A stretch of DNA of 63,956 bases, the filler included, from Aduncisulcus paluster (Eukaryota): NCBI GenBank assembly GCA_024181965.1. It is 7 parts of 7 records of this genome, joined end to end, with 100 filler letters (N's around TTAATTAATTAA, not from the genome) between each part and the next. Parts side by side here need not be neighbours in the genome. Positions count along the whole stretch, not along the records: positions 13,748 to 19,880 come from BQXS01011220.1; positions 19,981 to 24,977 come from BQXS01011221.1; positions 25,078 to 42,819 come from BQXS01011222.1; 4 more parts are not named here. The stretch is one strand, 5' to 3'. The notes beneath the pieces were generated by a model. The model was not told where the DNA came from. It saw only the letters and a program-made list of their open reading frames with translations, and did no database searches. The stretch's first letter is position 1, and each line of letters opens with the position of its first letter. Shown one piece after another: positions 13,648-25,953 of this stretch. Made by a program: the position numbers and the translations under genes.

Positions 13648-13747
13648 NNNNNNNNNNNNNNNNNNNNNNNNNNNNNNNNNNNNNNNNNNNNTTAATTAAT
13701 TAANNNNNNNNNNNNNNNNNNNNNNNNNNNNNNNNNNNNNNNNNNNN
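13648..13747. other. Artificial contig linker N44-TTAATTAATTAA-N44 (also 19881-19980, 24978-25077, 42820-42919, 49439-49538, 56759-56858)
   Basis: Six identical 100-nt spacers with stops in all six frames; genes are truncated at their edges. Confidence 0.98.
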
Positions 13748-13749
13748 CC

Positions 13750-16525
13750 TCAAAGAAAGACATGAAAGATGGCGGCAAGAAGAAATCTAACAAGAAATTT
13801 TCAATATTAAATAATGTTCTATTTTTAGATCTCCTTATTCCGTCAAATATCGGTGTCCTTTCGCATGCTCGTAATCTCTATGATCAATCTAAATCCCTTG
13901 AAAACAAGGATATCCGTACGCGAGAAGCTAGTGCCCGTGTTATACAACATGCTTACAAAGAATCTGAAGTTGTATCAAAACAAGCCATTTCTAAGGCAAG
14001 ACATACATCTTTAAAAGGAGTTCGTAAACAACTCTGGTTTGAGAAATTCCATTGGTTCATTTCGTCAGATGGTTTGCTTGTTTTGTGTGGCCGCGATGCC
14101 CAAAATAATGAAAGACTTGTGAAGAACCATTTGAATGACAATGATATTTATGTCCATACGACCATTCATGGTGCTTCCAGTGTTGTTATTAAGATGCCCA
14201 AAACCTCTCAATCTTCACATACATCTAGTGGTGGTAACAAATCTCAGTATTCTCATTCTTCTCCTTCTGTACCACCAACTAGCACTTTATTCGAAGCTGG
14301 ATTAATGAGTACATGTCGTAGCAAGGCCTGGACTCACACTGCTTCTCACATCACTGTGGGAGCTTATTGGGTATATGGAACACAAGTATCGAAACACGCA
14401 CCTTCAGGGGAATCTGTGAGTGCTGGTGGTTTTGTAATTAGAGGAAAACGTAATGAGATTAAGTTAGAAAGGCTTGAACAGATTCGGAAAGACCACTTTT
14501 CTTCTGCTTCTTCTGCCACTCTTCCTCTTCCTCTTCCTCTTCCTCCTTCTTCTTCTTCGTCTTCATCTTCGTCTTTGTCAGTTCAAGGTCGAGTTCAATC
14601 GGACAATAGGACAGACTATTCTATTTCTGGAATGAGTGAGAATAAGAGGAATTTTCTCCCAACTGATATTGGAATCGGTGTCATGTTTAAATTGAGTGAC
14701 AATTCATCTATTTTTAGACATTTTACTGAGAAAATTGGGTGGATGGAAGAAGAAAAGCTTGAAGCGGAGAGAAAGAAGAAGAGAGATCTCGAACTAAAAA
14801 TAGAAAAAGAGAGAAAGAAGAGAGAAAGAGAAGAGAGGAAGAGGAAGAAAGAGGAAGAGGAAGAAAGAGAAGAGGAGGAAGAAGAGGAAGAGGAAGAAGA
14901 ACATGAAAAAGAAACTGAAGAAGAATTCAAGCCAAAAATTGAACAAGAGAGAGAAGTACGGGGAGATGATAAAGCCATTCAAAGTCAAAAGAATCATAAA
15001 TATATGGTGAAAGTTGTCTTGGATGAAGAAGAGATGGAAGAAGAGGAGATTATTCATCTCCAAAAGACAAGAGGCAAAGGAAGGAAAAGTCAATTTGTTC
15101 AGTTTGAAAAGAAAGAAGAGAAACGTGAATTGAGTCAAAAAACAAAGAAGCGCAAACTGTATAAACAAAAAAAGATGAAAGGGAGTCGCAAACAACAAGA
15201 TTGGATAATAGATGATAATGAGGAAGATCATGAAGCAACTCGAGGAGGTATTGAGTCTAGTGAAGTTAATCGAGGAGATAAAGATATTCCAAGTTTAGAT
15301 GGTCATGGTATATGTCAAAAGAAAGGCAGGGAACCCCGTAAGTTGAATTTCAAGGAAACTCAAAAACAAAAGAGGAAAGAGCGGCGAGAAAAGATAAAAG
15401 ATCAGAAAAGACGTGCTCGAGATGCAAGACATATCAAACATGTCCTTCATGATCTCTCAAAGTCTCTCAGAATTCAAGGGAAGACTGAAGCTGAGGTTGA
15501 ACAAGAGATTCGGAGAAAAGAGAAGGAATTGCGCCAAACAAATTCTTCAATCGCTGGAAGTTCAATCGCTGGAGGTTATGATGGAGAATTTATCGCCGAC
15601 CCCTCAATATCTCAAACTGTTCCTCCTTCTCTGATTCCTTCAATAACTTCATCTTTTTCAACTACTCTCCTTTCCCTCACTGTCTCCCCTTCTCTTCTTT
15701 GTCCTTTCTGTGGACAATTACATCCCACCCAGACTCAGACTCAGACTCAGACCCAGAGAGGAGAGCAAGAAAGAGGAGAGGAAGAAGTTCATGTTTGCCC
15801 CTTTAGAGAACAATATATTTCCATGCATATGGAAAGATGGAAAGGAATTCATGGAAGGTTTGAAGAAAAGAGAAGAAGAAGAAGAAGAAGAAGAAGAAGA
15901 AAGAGAAGAGGAAGAGGAAGAGGAACAAAGAGAAGAGGAAGAGAAAGAAGAGAAAGAAGAGAAAGAGGAAGCCTCTGAAAATGGTATCAATCGTATAGTA
16001 CAGTATAGTCAACTAATCAAGAAAGAAAGAGATGATCATTTAGCAATGCTAATTGAACAGGAATCTCTCACCCATCTTTCAACTAAGACGTCCAAGGAAG
16101 ATATGAATGTCGTATCAACGCTTGTGAGTAATTATATTCCAGAAATAATGACACTGACAGGCAATCCATTTGAAGATGAGCATTGCATTTGGGCTTCATG
16201 CATCGTGGCACCCATGTCTGCTTTGGTTGGCTGTAAATGTAAGTTTATAGCCAAGATCTCACCTGGAACAATGAAACGTGGAACTGCTGTAAGTTTAGTT
16301 AGAAATCTATTTTTATCCCCGAAAGCTTTCAATCCCTCAGATGAACAGGCTTCTTTGATCAGGTCGATTCCCGATGGAGAAATGAATAATGTTATTCTAA
16401 GTAACATTTCTCTTTCTCATCCTTTCATCAAAAGGATGGAGAAGAACGCCAAGAAGGAGAAAATGAAGGCTAAGATGGAAAGGAAAAGGCAAAGGAAAGA
16501 AAGTTCAAAGAAAGTGAAAAAATAA
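13750..16525 (+). CDS. NEMF: Ribosome quality-control factor NEMF/Rqc2 (NFACT), 5'-partial, with a +1 frameshift near 15845
   Basis: NFACT-R motif WFEKFHWFISSDGLLVLCGRDAQNNERLV in ORF 13762-15978; NFACT-C motif LTGNP..D....IVAPMSAL...KISPGTMKRG in overlapping ORF 15710-16525. Confidence 0.88.
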
Positions 16526-16807
16526 CGACCAGTAAAATTTATTCATTGAGAATGTGACCAAATGGGGTGGAATAAGGTGTTTACGAAGAAAATTTTGACC
16601 ATTGTGGTTCCTCAGTTCGAATCGAAACTTTCGATTTCTATGAAATGGGCTATTTATTTATGACAGCAATAATAAATATCAAATCAACTTTGTCAGCTAA
16701 AATCAGAGAAAAAACACACTTTAACAGTCCATAATGGTCCATTATTAATGGAGAACTATCATATTTATCACAGAAGCCGAAGTTATCAATCTGTCAATAA
16801 TACCTCG

Positions 16808-17172
16808 ATATTCACAGATTATATGTATAACTTATTACCATAAAATAAACTTACAATCCAATATGTAAACAAAACTCCGCTAGGAGAAAACAAAGCATTG
16901 TCAAGAGTGGATTCACAAGGCTGGCTTGCAATATATGATAGAAAGAGAATGTCCGTATATTTTTATGTATATTTTACTTTCCATAATTGTCACAATGTCA
17001 ATCGGGAATTGATGTGTTTTGATCCTCATCTGTTCCTTTTGTGAAAGAAATTCAAGATTTAATGTATGTCAATTATTTCATTTAGTGTACATTAAGATAT
17101 ATTTTATGCGTTGTCGTGCAATTATATTCACAAGTTGTAATGCTTTTCAGATTTGACTCTTTTTCATTGTCA
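16808..17172 (+). promoter_or_regulatory. Conserved upstream module of the repeated gene family, copy 1 (homologous to ~19353-19830 and ~50840-51166)
   Basis: Shared blocks ATATTCACAG, TCCAATATGYAAACAAAACT, GAGTGGATTCACAAGG (copies 1 and 2) and GCAATATATG; putative 5'UTR intron 17064-17150. Confidence 0.75.
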
Positions 17173-18460
17173 ATGAGTACATCAACAGCTTTACAAATCG
17201 TGGAACCGAAATTTATTCATAAAGGAGGTAGCGATTGTTGTCCAATTCCTAGAGATGGTCCCAATATCATGAGTGTAGAGGTTCCAGCCATCAAAACAAA
17301 GAGCAAAACCGGGAAAGAAGAATTTGAAGCATTCGAAGCACAACTTATGATGGAAGGAGGGGAAAATGAAGGCTTGTTTTCTGATATCTCCATTCCTTTC
17401 TCCTCGTCTTCCTCAATGAAAGGTGCTTATATCTGTCCATTTGAAACAGAATATCTTATCTTCACTTTGACATCTTCAAAGGGTGAGAAAACATCCAAGA
17501 AATACGAGTTTCAAGAATTTGAAGAAAATTGGTTTTTCCTTCCTGTTGATCTTCCTGATGTTGTTAAATGTGAGATTACAGGGAAAGGAACAGAGGAAGA
17601 GTGTTTTTGGATCCTCTCCCTCGTTTTCATTAGAGAAGAAACTCCTGAAGAAATCAAATCTCGTGAAGCCAGAGAGAAACTATGATCTGAAGCTCCAGCT
17701 GTGAAACCAGAGTTTGTTAAGGAAGGAAGGAGAGATTCTATTCCCATTCCACAAGATGATCCAAAGCTTGTAGATCCTTCATTCTCAATCGTTAAGTGCA
17801 AGGATGATTCGAGGNNNNNNNNNNNNNNNNNNNNCTGATGTTGTTAAATGTGAGATTACAGGGAAAGGAACAGAGGAAGAGTGTTTTTGGATCCTCTCCC
17901 TCGTTTTCATTAGAGAAGAAACTCCTGAAGAAATCAAATCTCGTGAAGCCAGAGAGAAACTATGATCTGAAGCTCCAGCTGTGAAACCAGAGTTTGTTAA
18001 GGAAGGAAGGAGAGATTCTATTCCCATTCCACGAGATGATCCAAAGCTTGTAGATCCTTCATTCTCAATCGTTAAGTGCAAGGATGATTCGAGGAGTGTG
18101 GAATCTACGCAGTATGATCGGAGTTCAGAAGCACAAAGAATGTTAAAAGGGGAAGGTGATGTATCCTTATCCCATCTTTCTATCCATTTCCCATCACCTA
18201 GTCCTATGAAAGGTGCTTATATCTGTGTGGATGAGCATTGGAGTTCACCCTCTCTTCTCTTCACTTTCACGCTTTCTGATGGTAAGAAAACATTCAAGAA
18301 GTATGAATTCATAGAACCCAAACATTATTATGAATGGCACTTCCTTCCTATTGATTTGGATAACGTTGTTTTGTGTGAGATTGAAGGGAAAGGAGCGTGG
18401 GTTGTTACAAATAGTCGAAAGTTCAAGATCTACTCCCTTGTATTTACTAAGCCAGAGTGA
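17173..18460 (+). pseudogene. Lineage-specific two-repeat protein family member with a nonsense TGA at 17683 (gap duplication 17835-18094)
   Basis: Internal repeat IPIPRD..SxxKGAYIC..FT..KKYEF..W.FLP.DL..VV.CEI.GKG; TGA aligns with TGG (REKLW) in the paralog at 51167. Confidence 0.75.
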
Positions 18461-19830
18461 ACTATTGCAAGTGAACGACAGATGTGAATGTGCATGAATG
18501 CAATGAGATTCTGAAGATTTCTCAGCACCGCATGGTCGAAAGAATTTAATCCATAGGAAGGTCTACACCTATGTGTCCAACTATCTTCTAGACTCCACTA
18601 GGAGATAAATAAAGCTTCAATTCATAGGAACTGTCAGGAAGAAAGAGACTTATCGGAGATTGTGATTCAGGATCAGGGTTATGTACTATTGAAGAACCAA
18701 AGGGGTGGAAAGTTTCCAGTGGGTTCATGTTCCTGGAAGGCATCAATAAAAATGTATGAAGGTCACATAGTCCCTGGTCACGAGTCTTGGAAATGAAGCG
18801 GGTGTATAAACAGAATACTGACTTCAAGAGCAAGAAATAGAAATATCAATCAAACAAATAAACACAATAACATATACAAAGTGGAATTATTATTTTTATC
18901 AAGATTCTTTGAGAATATAAAAAAAGGTCAAACAACAACAGGTCAGAAATCAAACATCGAACAACAGAATAACTTATCCAACATTTGGAATATATAAGAA
19001 CTAAGATGGTATTCATTGATTATAACTTATAACTTAACAGCATAGATCCAACTGTTGGAATCCTACGTCTTTGGGCTGAATGAGTTCACACTCACTTTGG
19101 ATGGGGGTCATAGATCACCAATGAGTCCAACACCAAGAATATGTGTTGTTCTATTGTTATATCCTTTCTATGACATATTGCAAAGGAATTACAAAGTGAA
19201 AACAAAACAAAACAAACAAATAAACTGAATTAGTTTTTTTTTTTTATCAATCGAGCAAAGAGCAGAGAAGAGTGAGAACGATTCGAATTTTCGAAAACCA
19301 AATGAAACACGAAGTATAGCTTCTCTGCCAAGAAGTCGATGATATATATACAATATTCACAGATTTCAACTGTACCTAATTATCATGTTTTGTGACTTTA
19401 TAATCCAATATGTAAACAAAACTCGGGAGTTATGAAAAGATTTTGTAAAATTTTGTGTCAGGAGTGGATTCACAAGGATTGCATGCAATATATGGTCCAA
19501 GGAAAATGGTTATATATTTTTATGTATATATTATACGGTATCACTTTCCAAGATTGTCACATTGGCAATCGAGTCGTTGTGTATTCGCTTCTCGTTGTTT
19601 TGTTTGTGTTAATAACAACTTGTATGTTTAATATATCTCACATCTTTTATTAAATGCACATTAAGACATATTTTAATCTGTGACATTCAATTATACTCAC
19701 TATATTGTGCTGTGTGGTCGTTTCTTGTTCTTTCCCTGTTTGTTTTATCTTTTTCATTCTGTTTGTTCACAAATATTATTATTATCTTGTTTATTTTTAT
19801 TTTTTTAGATAAGATTCTATCTCTATTCAA

Positions 19831-19880
19831 ATGAGGTCATCCATTGGTGTTATTCAAACTGTGGGGCCTGAGTTTATACA
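19831..19880 (+). CDS. 5' fragment of another member of the same family, cut by the contig end
   Basis: MRSSIGVIQTVGPEFI matches LQIVEPKFIH / IPIVEPVFIH; same upstream module and putative 5'UTR intron 19622-19808. Confidence 0.7.
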
Positions 19881-20407
19881 NNNNNNNNNNNNNNNNNNNN
19901 NNNNNNNNNNNNNNNNNNNNNNNNTTAATTAATTAANNNNNNNNNNNNNNNNNNNNNNNNNNNNNNNNNNNNNNNNNNNNGTTCCAATAGAACCATAATC
20001 ATTCGAAGATGTCACAAGCCTTTTGGTAGTGGTCAACAATAAATAAATATTCAAGAAAACAATTCAACTTATCGTCATACTCAGCATTGAGATTTCACAA
20101 AACAACTTACTTAAAAAGGAATAAAATGTAACATGCAGAAATTCGAAGCAGCAAAATTTCAGAAGTGACAGGCGATTCATTACTCTCACATTCAGCATCA
20201 TAGGCACATGACCTGTTTATATAGTCCTGAATCATCAGAGAGAGAGAGAGAGACCATCTTGGGTCAGGTTGAATAGTCTATCGTTTATAAATCCATTACT
20301 CTGAAGTTCAGATCCAATGCACATGAATATATAAATATATATATCACAGATCCATCAATATAACATCAAGTAGAAATAGAACAAACCAAATAAGATAAGA
20401 TATAATA

Positions 20408-20578
20408 TTTTTTTTGGTAGAGGTTCCCCCACTTTTCTCAGCCACCGCCGGTGGAAAGTTTGTATTTTTTTTTTGTTTTTGTTTTTTTGGGAAAAAAATA
20501 TATTAAAGAAATGTACAGTGCAACCACCGTACAGGGGGGACCCCCACGGATGGGGGTAAAAGGGGGGAAATTTACTAC
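20408..20578. other. GC-rich multi-hairpin island with terminal complementarity (candidate ncRNA, SINE or MITE)
   Basis: Hairpins CCACC-gcc-GGTGG, TGTACaGTG-caac-CACcGTACA, ACCCCCA-cgga-TGGGGGT; ends TTCCCCCACTTTT / AAAAGGGGGGAA; T9 flank. Confidence 0.5.
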
Positions 20579-20651
20579 ATAGATTGGCAGAAAATAAAAA
20601 GAATCAAGTTCATTGGGCAGATCAAGTTCTCTTCTTATGTTGTTTGAACTG

Positions 20652-20653
<2 letters not shown>

Positions 20654-20680
<27 letters not shown>
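20654..20680. repeat. (AG)n microsatellite (a shorter one at ~20237-20253)
   Basis: Direct observation. Confidence 0.9.
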
Positions 20681-20682
<2 letters not shown>

Positions 20683-21800
20683 AAGGAAAAAGATTGGATT
20701 CGGCAAAACAAAGGAAAGATCACGAATCAAGAATCATCATCCAAGAATAAGATGATGTGACACACAGATTGGTGAATAGCATTGATGTTATTGATGTTAT
20801 TGATGTGATATTCGAGATTCAAATGAGTTAAGCGAGGGATAGTTGTGTCAATTTGTCAATTACTTTCAGAGATAATGGGTGGAAACCAGGAGCAACGAAC
20901 AGAACCAGAAAGTTGAGTGTTTTATATTTGTAGCAATATTTTAGGGAGTAGTATGGCAAATAACAAACGACATCATTTACAAACAACAACAAGCATTAGA
21001 TGAAGAATAATGACATGGATACCGAGTTGCAATGGCTTTAAGCTATGTTTTTATCGTAATATTCCAGGAATATTGGGAATTATTTGGAAAAATATCCTTA
21101 AGAGGTTGTACAATGAAGATCATCTTCATAACGTGATGTTATGAATGCACAGTAAAAAGAGGGAAATCAAATCAATAAAAACGTGTCATTTGCTCAACGA
21201 GATGTTTTGTGACACGAAATTCGATCTTTTATCGTGTTTTATATTCATATTCTCATCGATGGGCTATAGAAAACTCAACCCAAGAATAATCAAAATAAGG
21301 AATAAACCATCGTATTTCGATGTTTGAAATTTGATATTTCAGTTAACAACAATCAACAACAGTTCATTTGGTAATGTATTACTGTCAAAAACGAAACAAA
21401 GGTTGACAAGATCATTTGAAAACATTTTTGAAAAATACGAAGTGGCTAGATCCATTAACAAAAACACTGACTCTTTGAATCTGGTCTATAGGGTGATAAT
21501 AAAATAATATATTGGATTTTTATTCGATAATTAACTAAATCTCCAAAGATTTATTAAAATTGGTTGTCTTGTTGTATCTGTGTATTTATTTTAAATTTTT
21601 ACATTTATTATTAAATACTAAGTCGTACAGATATAGCAGATCTCAATTAGCAAACCTTTATCTTTTCTATTTGTTAAGATAGATATTTTCATCATTGTTA
21701 TGAATGATTGTCAACACTTTGGTAGTTGATATTCATGCATGCCTTGTAGAATTTCACATACTTCACAGAAGCAGTCACCATTGATCGTTTTAAAAATCTC

Positions 21801-22640
21801 TTGGATTTGATAACTGTTGACCAATATGTCCACTCCTATAATTATTTTACGATACCCAATATGATGAATACTATAAAAAACTTACCTGCAAGAGGCGGGG
21901 ATGCTAGTACTCTTGGTTCAATCAAGTTGACGACCTTGGAAGGTTTTGCAACTCTACAAGTCCGATTGTACCAAGTTTTTTTCACCAAATTCCCAAATGA
22001 AAACAAAAATTACCAATGATTGATTCCCTAATCCGGTAGAAGAGGTGGATTAGAATTACGAACAATTACGCTTGGTTAAGGGTAACAAGCCCCGCAATTT
22101 CAAAATTTTAGACGTGACAAAGGACGTTAAAAGAAAGATCATGAGAACCAAGTCTGCCCAAGTACCATTGATTAATCACTCACGTATAAACAAACAAAAA
22201 GATAGTATAGTTGCATATTTATTGGATCTTGATAAGGCTAAGTCTGGTAATTTTGGTGATTATGAGTTTATAAGGCTTAATCCGGCCGTTTTCATACCAA
22301 AACGGCACAAGAGATAAGTTTGGTTACAACTGCAGTTCTGAGCTTGACCGATATCCGACGGAAAGAGAAGAGAATTGTATTCGGCGATAAGAAGCCAATT
22401 ATATGATATATGAATACAAACCTGACAAAACCTATTGAATATTATGTGCTGAACTGCAGGATTATCTTGTAACCATGATGCTGAAACGAAACTCCAGACA
22501 ACAAAAATTTTCTCAAATATGTTCCCTACGGTTGTTTGTTCGCAATTTCCCTTAGGATACTGTAATATACTATACCGTTCTTGGAAACGATTTGGAACTG
22601 GGCCTGCTCTTGGTAGTATAGTTATGTTGTTTTTCCTCGA
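21801..22640 (+). pseudogene. Decayed coding relic, possibly a tyrosine recombinase (Crypton-like)
   Basis: Read-through gives LIP*SGRRGGLELRTITLG and QNLLNIMC*TAGLSCNH, reminiscent of YR catalytic-Arg and pre-HxxR regions; many stops. Confidence 0.25.
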
Positions 22641-23317
22641 TACCATTTTCATTTAAGATTCCTATTCAACCTTGTATTGACCGTATAAACGGTGGCTAGC
22701 AAATTTATTCCGACATCTGAGTTCTTGGAGTTGCAACCTTTCCACTGATGTATTCGAGACAGTAATCTCACTCATCCACAGTATGTAGTAATAAGACAAT
22801 CTACTGATTCTATAATGTACCATTCTTTTGAATTAAGACTCTAAAAATAACCTAACAGTGTTAGTATTGCAAAGCACACAAATATTCAACGGAATTAATG
22901 GAAGATCTGATCTCATCATTCTTCATACATTATGCAAATTTTTTACTAGATTCAAATCAATTTTGATTCCAAAAATTGAGAATTCCAACATTCCAAGATT
23001 ATTTTGAATGGAATTCATTACCAGATTGAGGCTTACTCCAACAAAAGTACAGAATAGTAATTTCAAAAACAACAAAACAAAACAATCATCCACAACTGCA
23101 AAACTTCAAGAACATTATTGCATCAAGTTATTTTAAAGCTGAAAACATAAGAATATAAAGAATATGTTGATAGAAAAACAATAACAACATCTCCAAAGTC
23201 ATAATATACATCAGAAGAAATAAATACAATAAAATAGACAAAAATAATTAATAGATGTAGATCTAGAAAAAAAAAATTCAAAAAGAAATAAATATAAATA
23301 TAATTAGTATAACCAAT

Positions 23318-24977
23318 TTAAAAGAAACTATATGGCCTCTGTGAACCCGAATATCTCCTCTCACAAGCTCTTCCGTACCATCCTTCCTTGCATTTACAAG
23401 CTCTGGACCCATCACTGATTGTGGCACATCCATAGGAAGACTCAGGGTCACACAAACAAATGTCACGTTCACAGAACATTCCACCCCAACCTACCTTACA
23501 TGAACAGTAGAATGGAGGCTCATTCTTGGAGGAATCACCAGCAACACACGATCCATGGTCGAAACATTCGGAGTCATGTCCATACTCACCGTAACCAATA
23601 GCACACATGTTCCACTGGCATGCATCTCCACTGAATCCCCATGCACACAGACACGAGTGAGTGAGAGGGTTGCACACACCAAGACCTGAACAAAGAACGT
23701 CACTTGACGGGTGTGTTGGGCATTCATGGGTACAAGCATCTCCATACCAAATGTATTGTGGATTCGTGCCATCTTCATCACTTGTGTCGATCAGACATTT
23801 ACATTCACCTGTTGCAGTAATGCACTCACCATGCCCACCACACAAAACTCCATCCGAAGAAATTGGGCAAATATTCGCATCACAATACGAACCGTTCCAA
23901 CCATGTTCACATGAACAAGAAGCAACCATGGTCTCCTCATTCAACTCACAAACACCATGGCTCGAAGCAGAGGTGCCACATTCAGAGCATGCTGTATCAT
24001 TTCCAGGTATATCACGATAGTCAGGGTGTGTTGCAGGATCAATGCATGTCCCAGAAGACGAACTCAGAGCAAGACCATGTGGAGCACATTCACATGTGGA
24101 CGATGATTCATTCGCATATGCAGAATAGCTTGCGGTTGTGGGATCAGAACTATCGGAATAAGAATAATCCCTACCACAAGGAAAGTCCTCAGCCTCTCCA
24201 TCAGAAGACACAAACACATCGGTGGGGATTGTTGAGAAACAAGATGATCCATACCATCCTGAGGAACATTCACATACAATAGCTTCAGAAGACACAGAAG
24301 AAGGATCAGAAGAAGATGGATCAAGGAAGGATCCAACAGAACATGTTCCATTCCCCTCACAAGAATCTTCGTCAGAACAACTCAATTGGCATGCTGAACC
24401 ATAATACCCAGACTCACACACACATGTATGGGTGGCAGCATCACATGTTCCACGAGAAGATCCACTGCACAAACCAAGATCATCAGAAACAGGACAAATG
24501 GATGAACAATCAGTCCCATACCATCCATCAGAACACTCACAGAATAGTGGGGAGGATTCATCACTAGCGTCAGACTCGGAGTCATACACACATGTACCAC
24601 GCTCACCACCACAGTTGGAACATTCAGAAGAAGAAGAAGAAGAAGAAGAAGAAGAAGAAGAAGCTAACACACATTCACCAGAGGATATGTCTTCATAGTA
24701 TCCTGACCCACAGATGCATGCCAACTCAGTGTCATCAACATCATCCACAGAATAATCGACTCCACACACACGATGATCTTCCAGATATGAGCACGATGGA
24801 GAAGAAGAGGAAGAGGAAGAATCAGATCCACATGCAGATGTTGTATCCTGGGAGACAGTACCTGTTGGATCAACCACATCTCCAAACAGAACCTCAACGT
24901 TGTCTCCCAATAAATCCCGTTCACAGAGATCATCAAGGGCTGCAAAACACTCAGACACAGTCGACCCACAATCAAGG
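23318..24977 (-). CDS. Cysteine-rich EGF/tenascin-like repeat surface protein (5'-partial)
   Basis: Repeated C.C..GWYG..C and CSG.G.C motifs; a hydrophobic tail lies in the +1 frame ending at 23278. Confidence 0.88.
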
Positions 24978-25077
24978 NNNNNNNNNNNNNNNNNNNNNNN
25001 NNNNNNNNNNNNNNNNNNNNNTTAATTAATTAANNNNNNNNNNNNNNNNNNNNNNNNNNNNNNNNNNNNNNNNNNNN

Positions 25078-25401
<324 letters not shown>

Positions 25402-25953
25402 TATTGAATTAAGTTTTCAAGTCTGAACAAAAAAGGAAATTTTTTTTTCACTCTTTGTTCGAGAGGATAGAGAATTGTTGCAATTATTTTAACAATATAA
25501 ATTTGCCCAATAAGAGCAATGAACAATTAATTTATTTAAAATTTTGCACAAAATATAATTGATAGAGAGACAAAACGCCGATCCAACATTGCTGCCGAAA
25601 TGCTAATTATTTTCGGAATATTGCCGAAATATTCACAATTAAATATTATTTTATTGAAGATTTTTTTTTGTAATTATTCCAAATAGGCAAGCATTCCAAA
25701 ATTCCTGTTGGAATGAATATTGAATAAAATATTGTGGTAATTCCAAAATAAAACGAACTGATACCTTTGATACCGTTAGCAAATTTACTAGTATTACACC
25801 CTTCTTTCCTTTAGAGGCACCCACCGGATGCTTACTCAAGCTCGTTTTCCGAAAATCTTGGAATACGGTCAAATACAATGATTCCCATCCTTTCCTGAAA
25901 AATCTCTATTCTACTGATGTAGTTTTTCTTTTGAGTTATGGATAATAATCCCA

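Noticed and set aside
13648-13747. Repeated TTAATTAATTAA palindrome within N runs (six copies)
   Set aside because: Artificial six-frame-stop contig linker; gene neighbourhoods across these points are not real
15787-15808. 22-nt GT-AG mini-intron that would fix the NEMF frame
   Set aside because: Donor GTTCAT does not match the GTATG consensus seen elsewhere, it is much shorter than the other introns (67-187 nt), and it would delete a plausible HVCPF motif
14760-15975. GAA/GAG purine tracts and other short repeats as CRISPR or satellite arrays
   Set aside because: They encode poly-Glu/Lys/Ser low-complexity protein; no repeat-spacer structure or cas genes are present in the window
17683-17685. 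In-frame TGA as selenocysteine or a reassigned codon
   Set aside because: It aligns with TGG (Trp) in the paralog at 51167 and I see no SECIS downstream, so it is an ordinary nonsense mutation
18490-19175. Stop-riddled minus-strand coding-like sequence (similar traces at 52400-52700, 58270-58520, 62730-63050)
   Set aside because: Possibly pseudogene debris, but no recognisable motifs support a call
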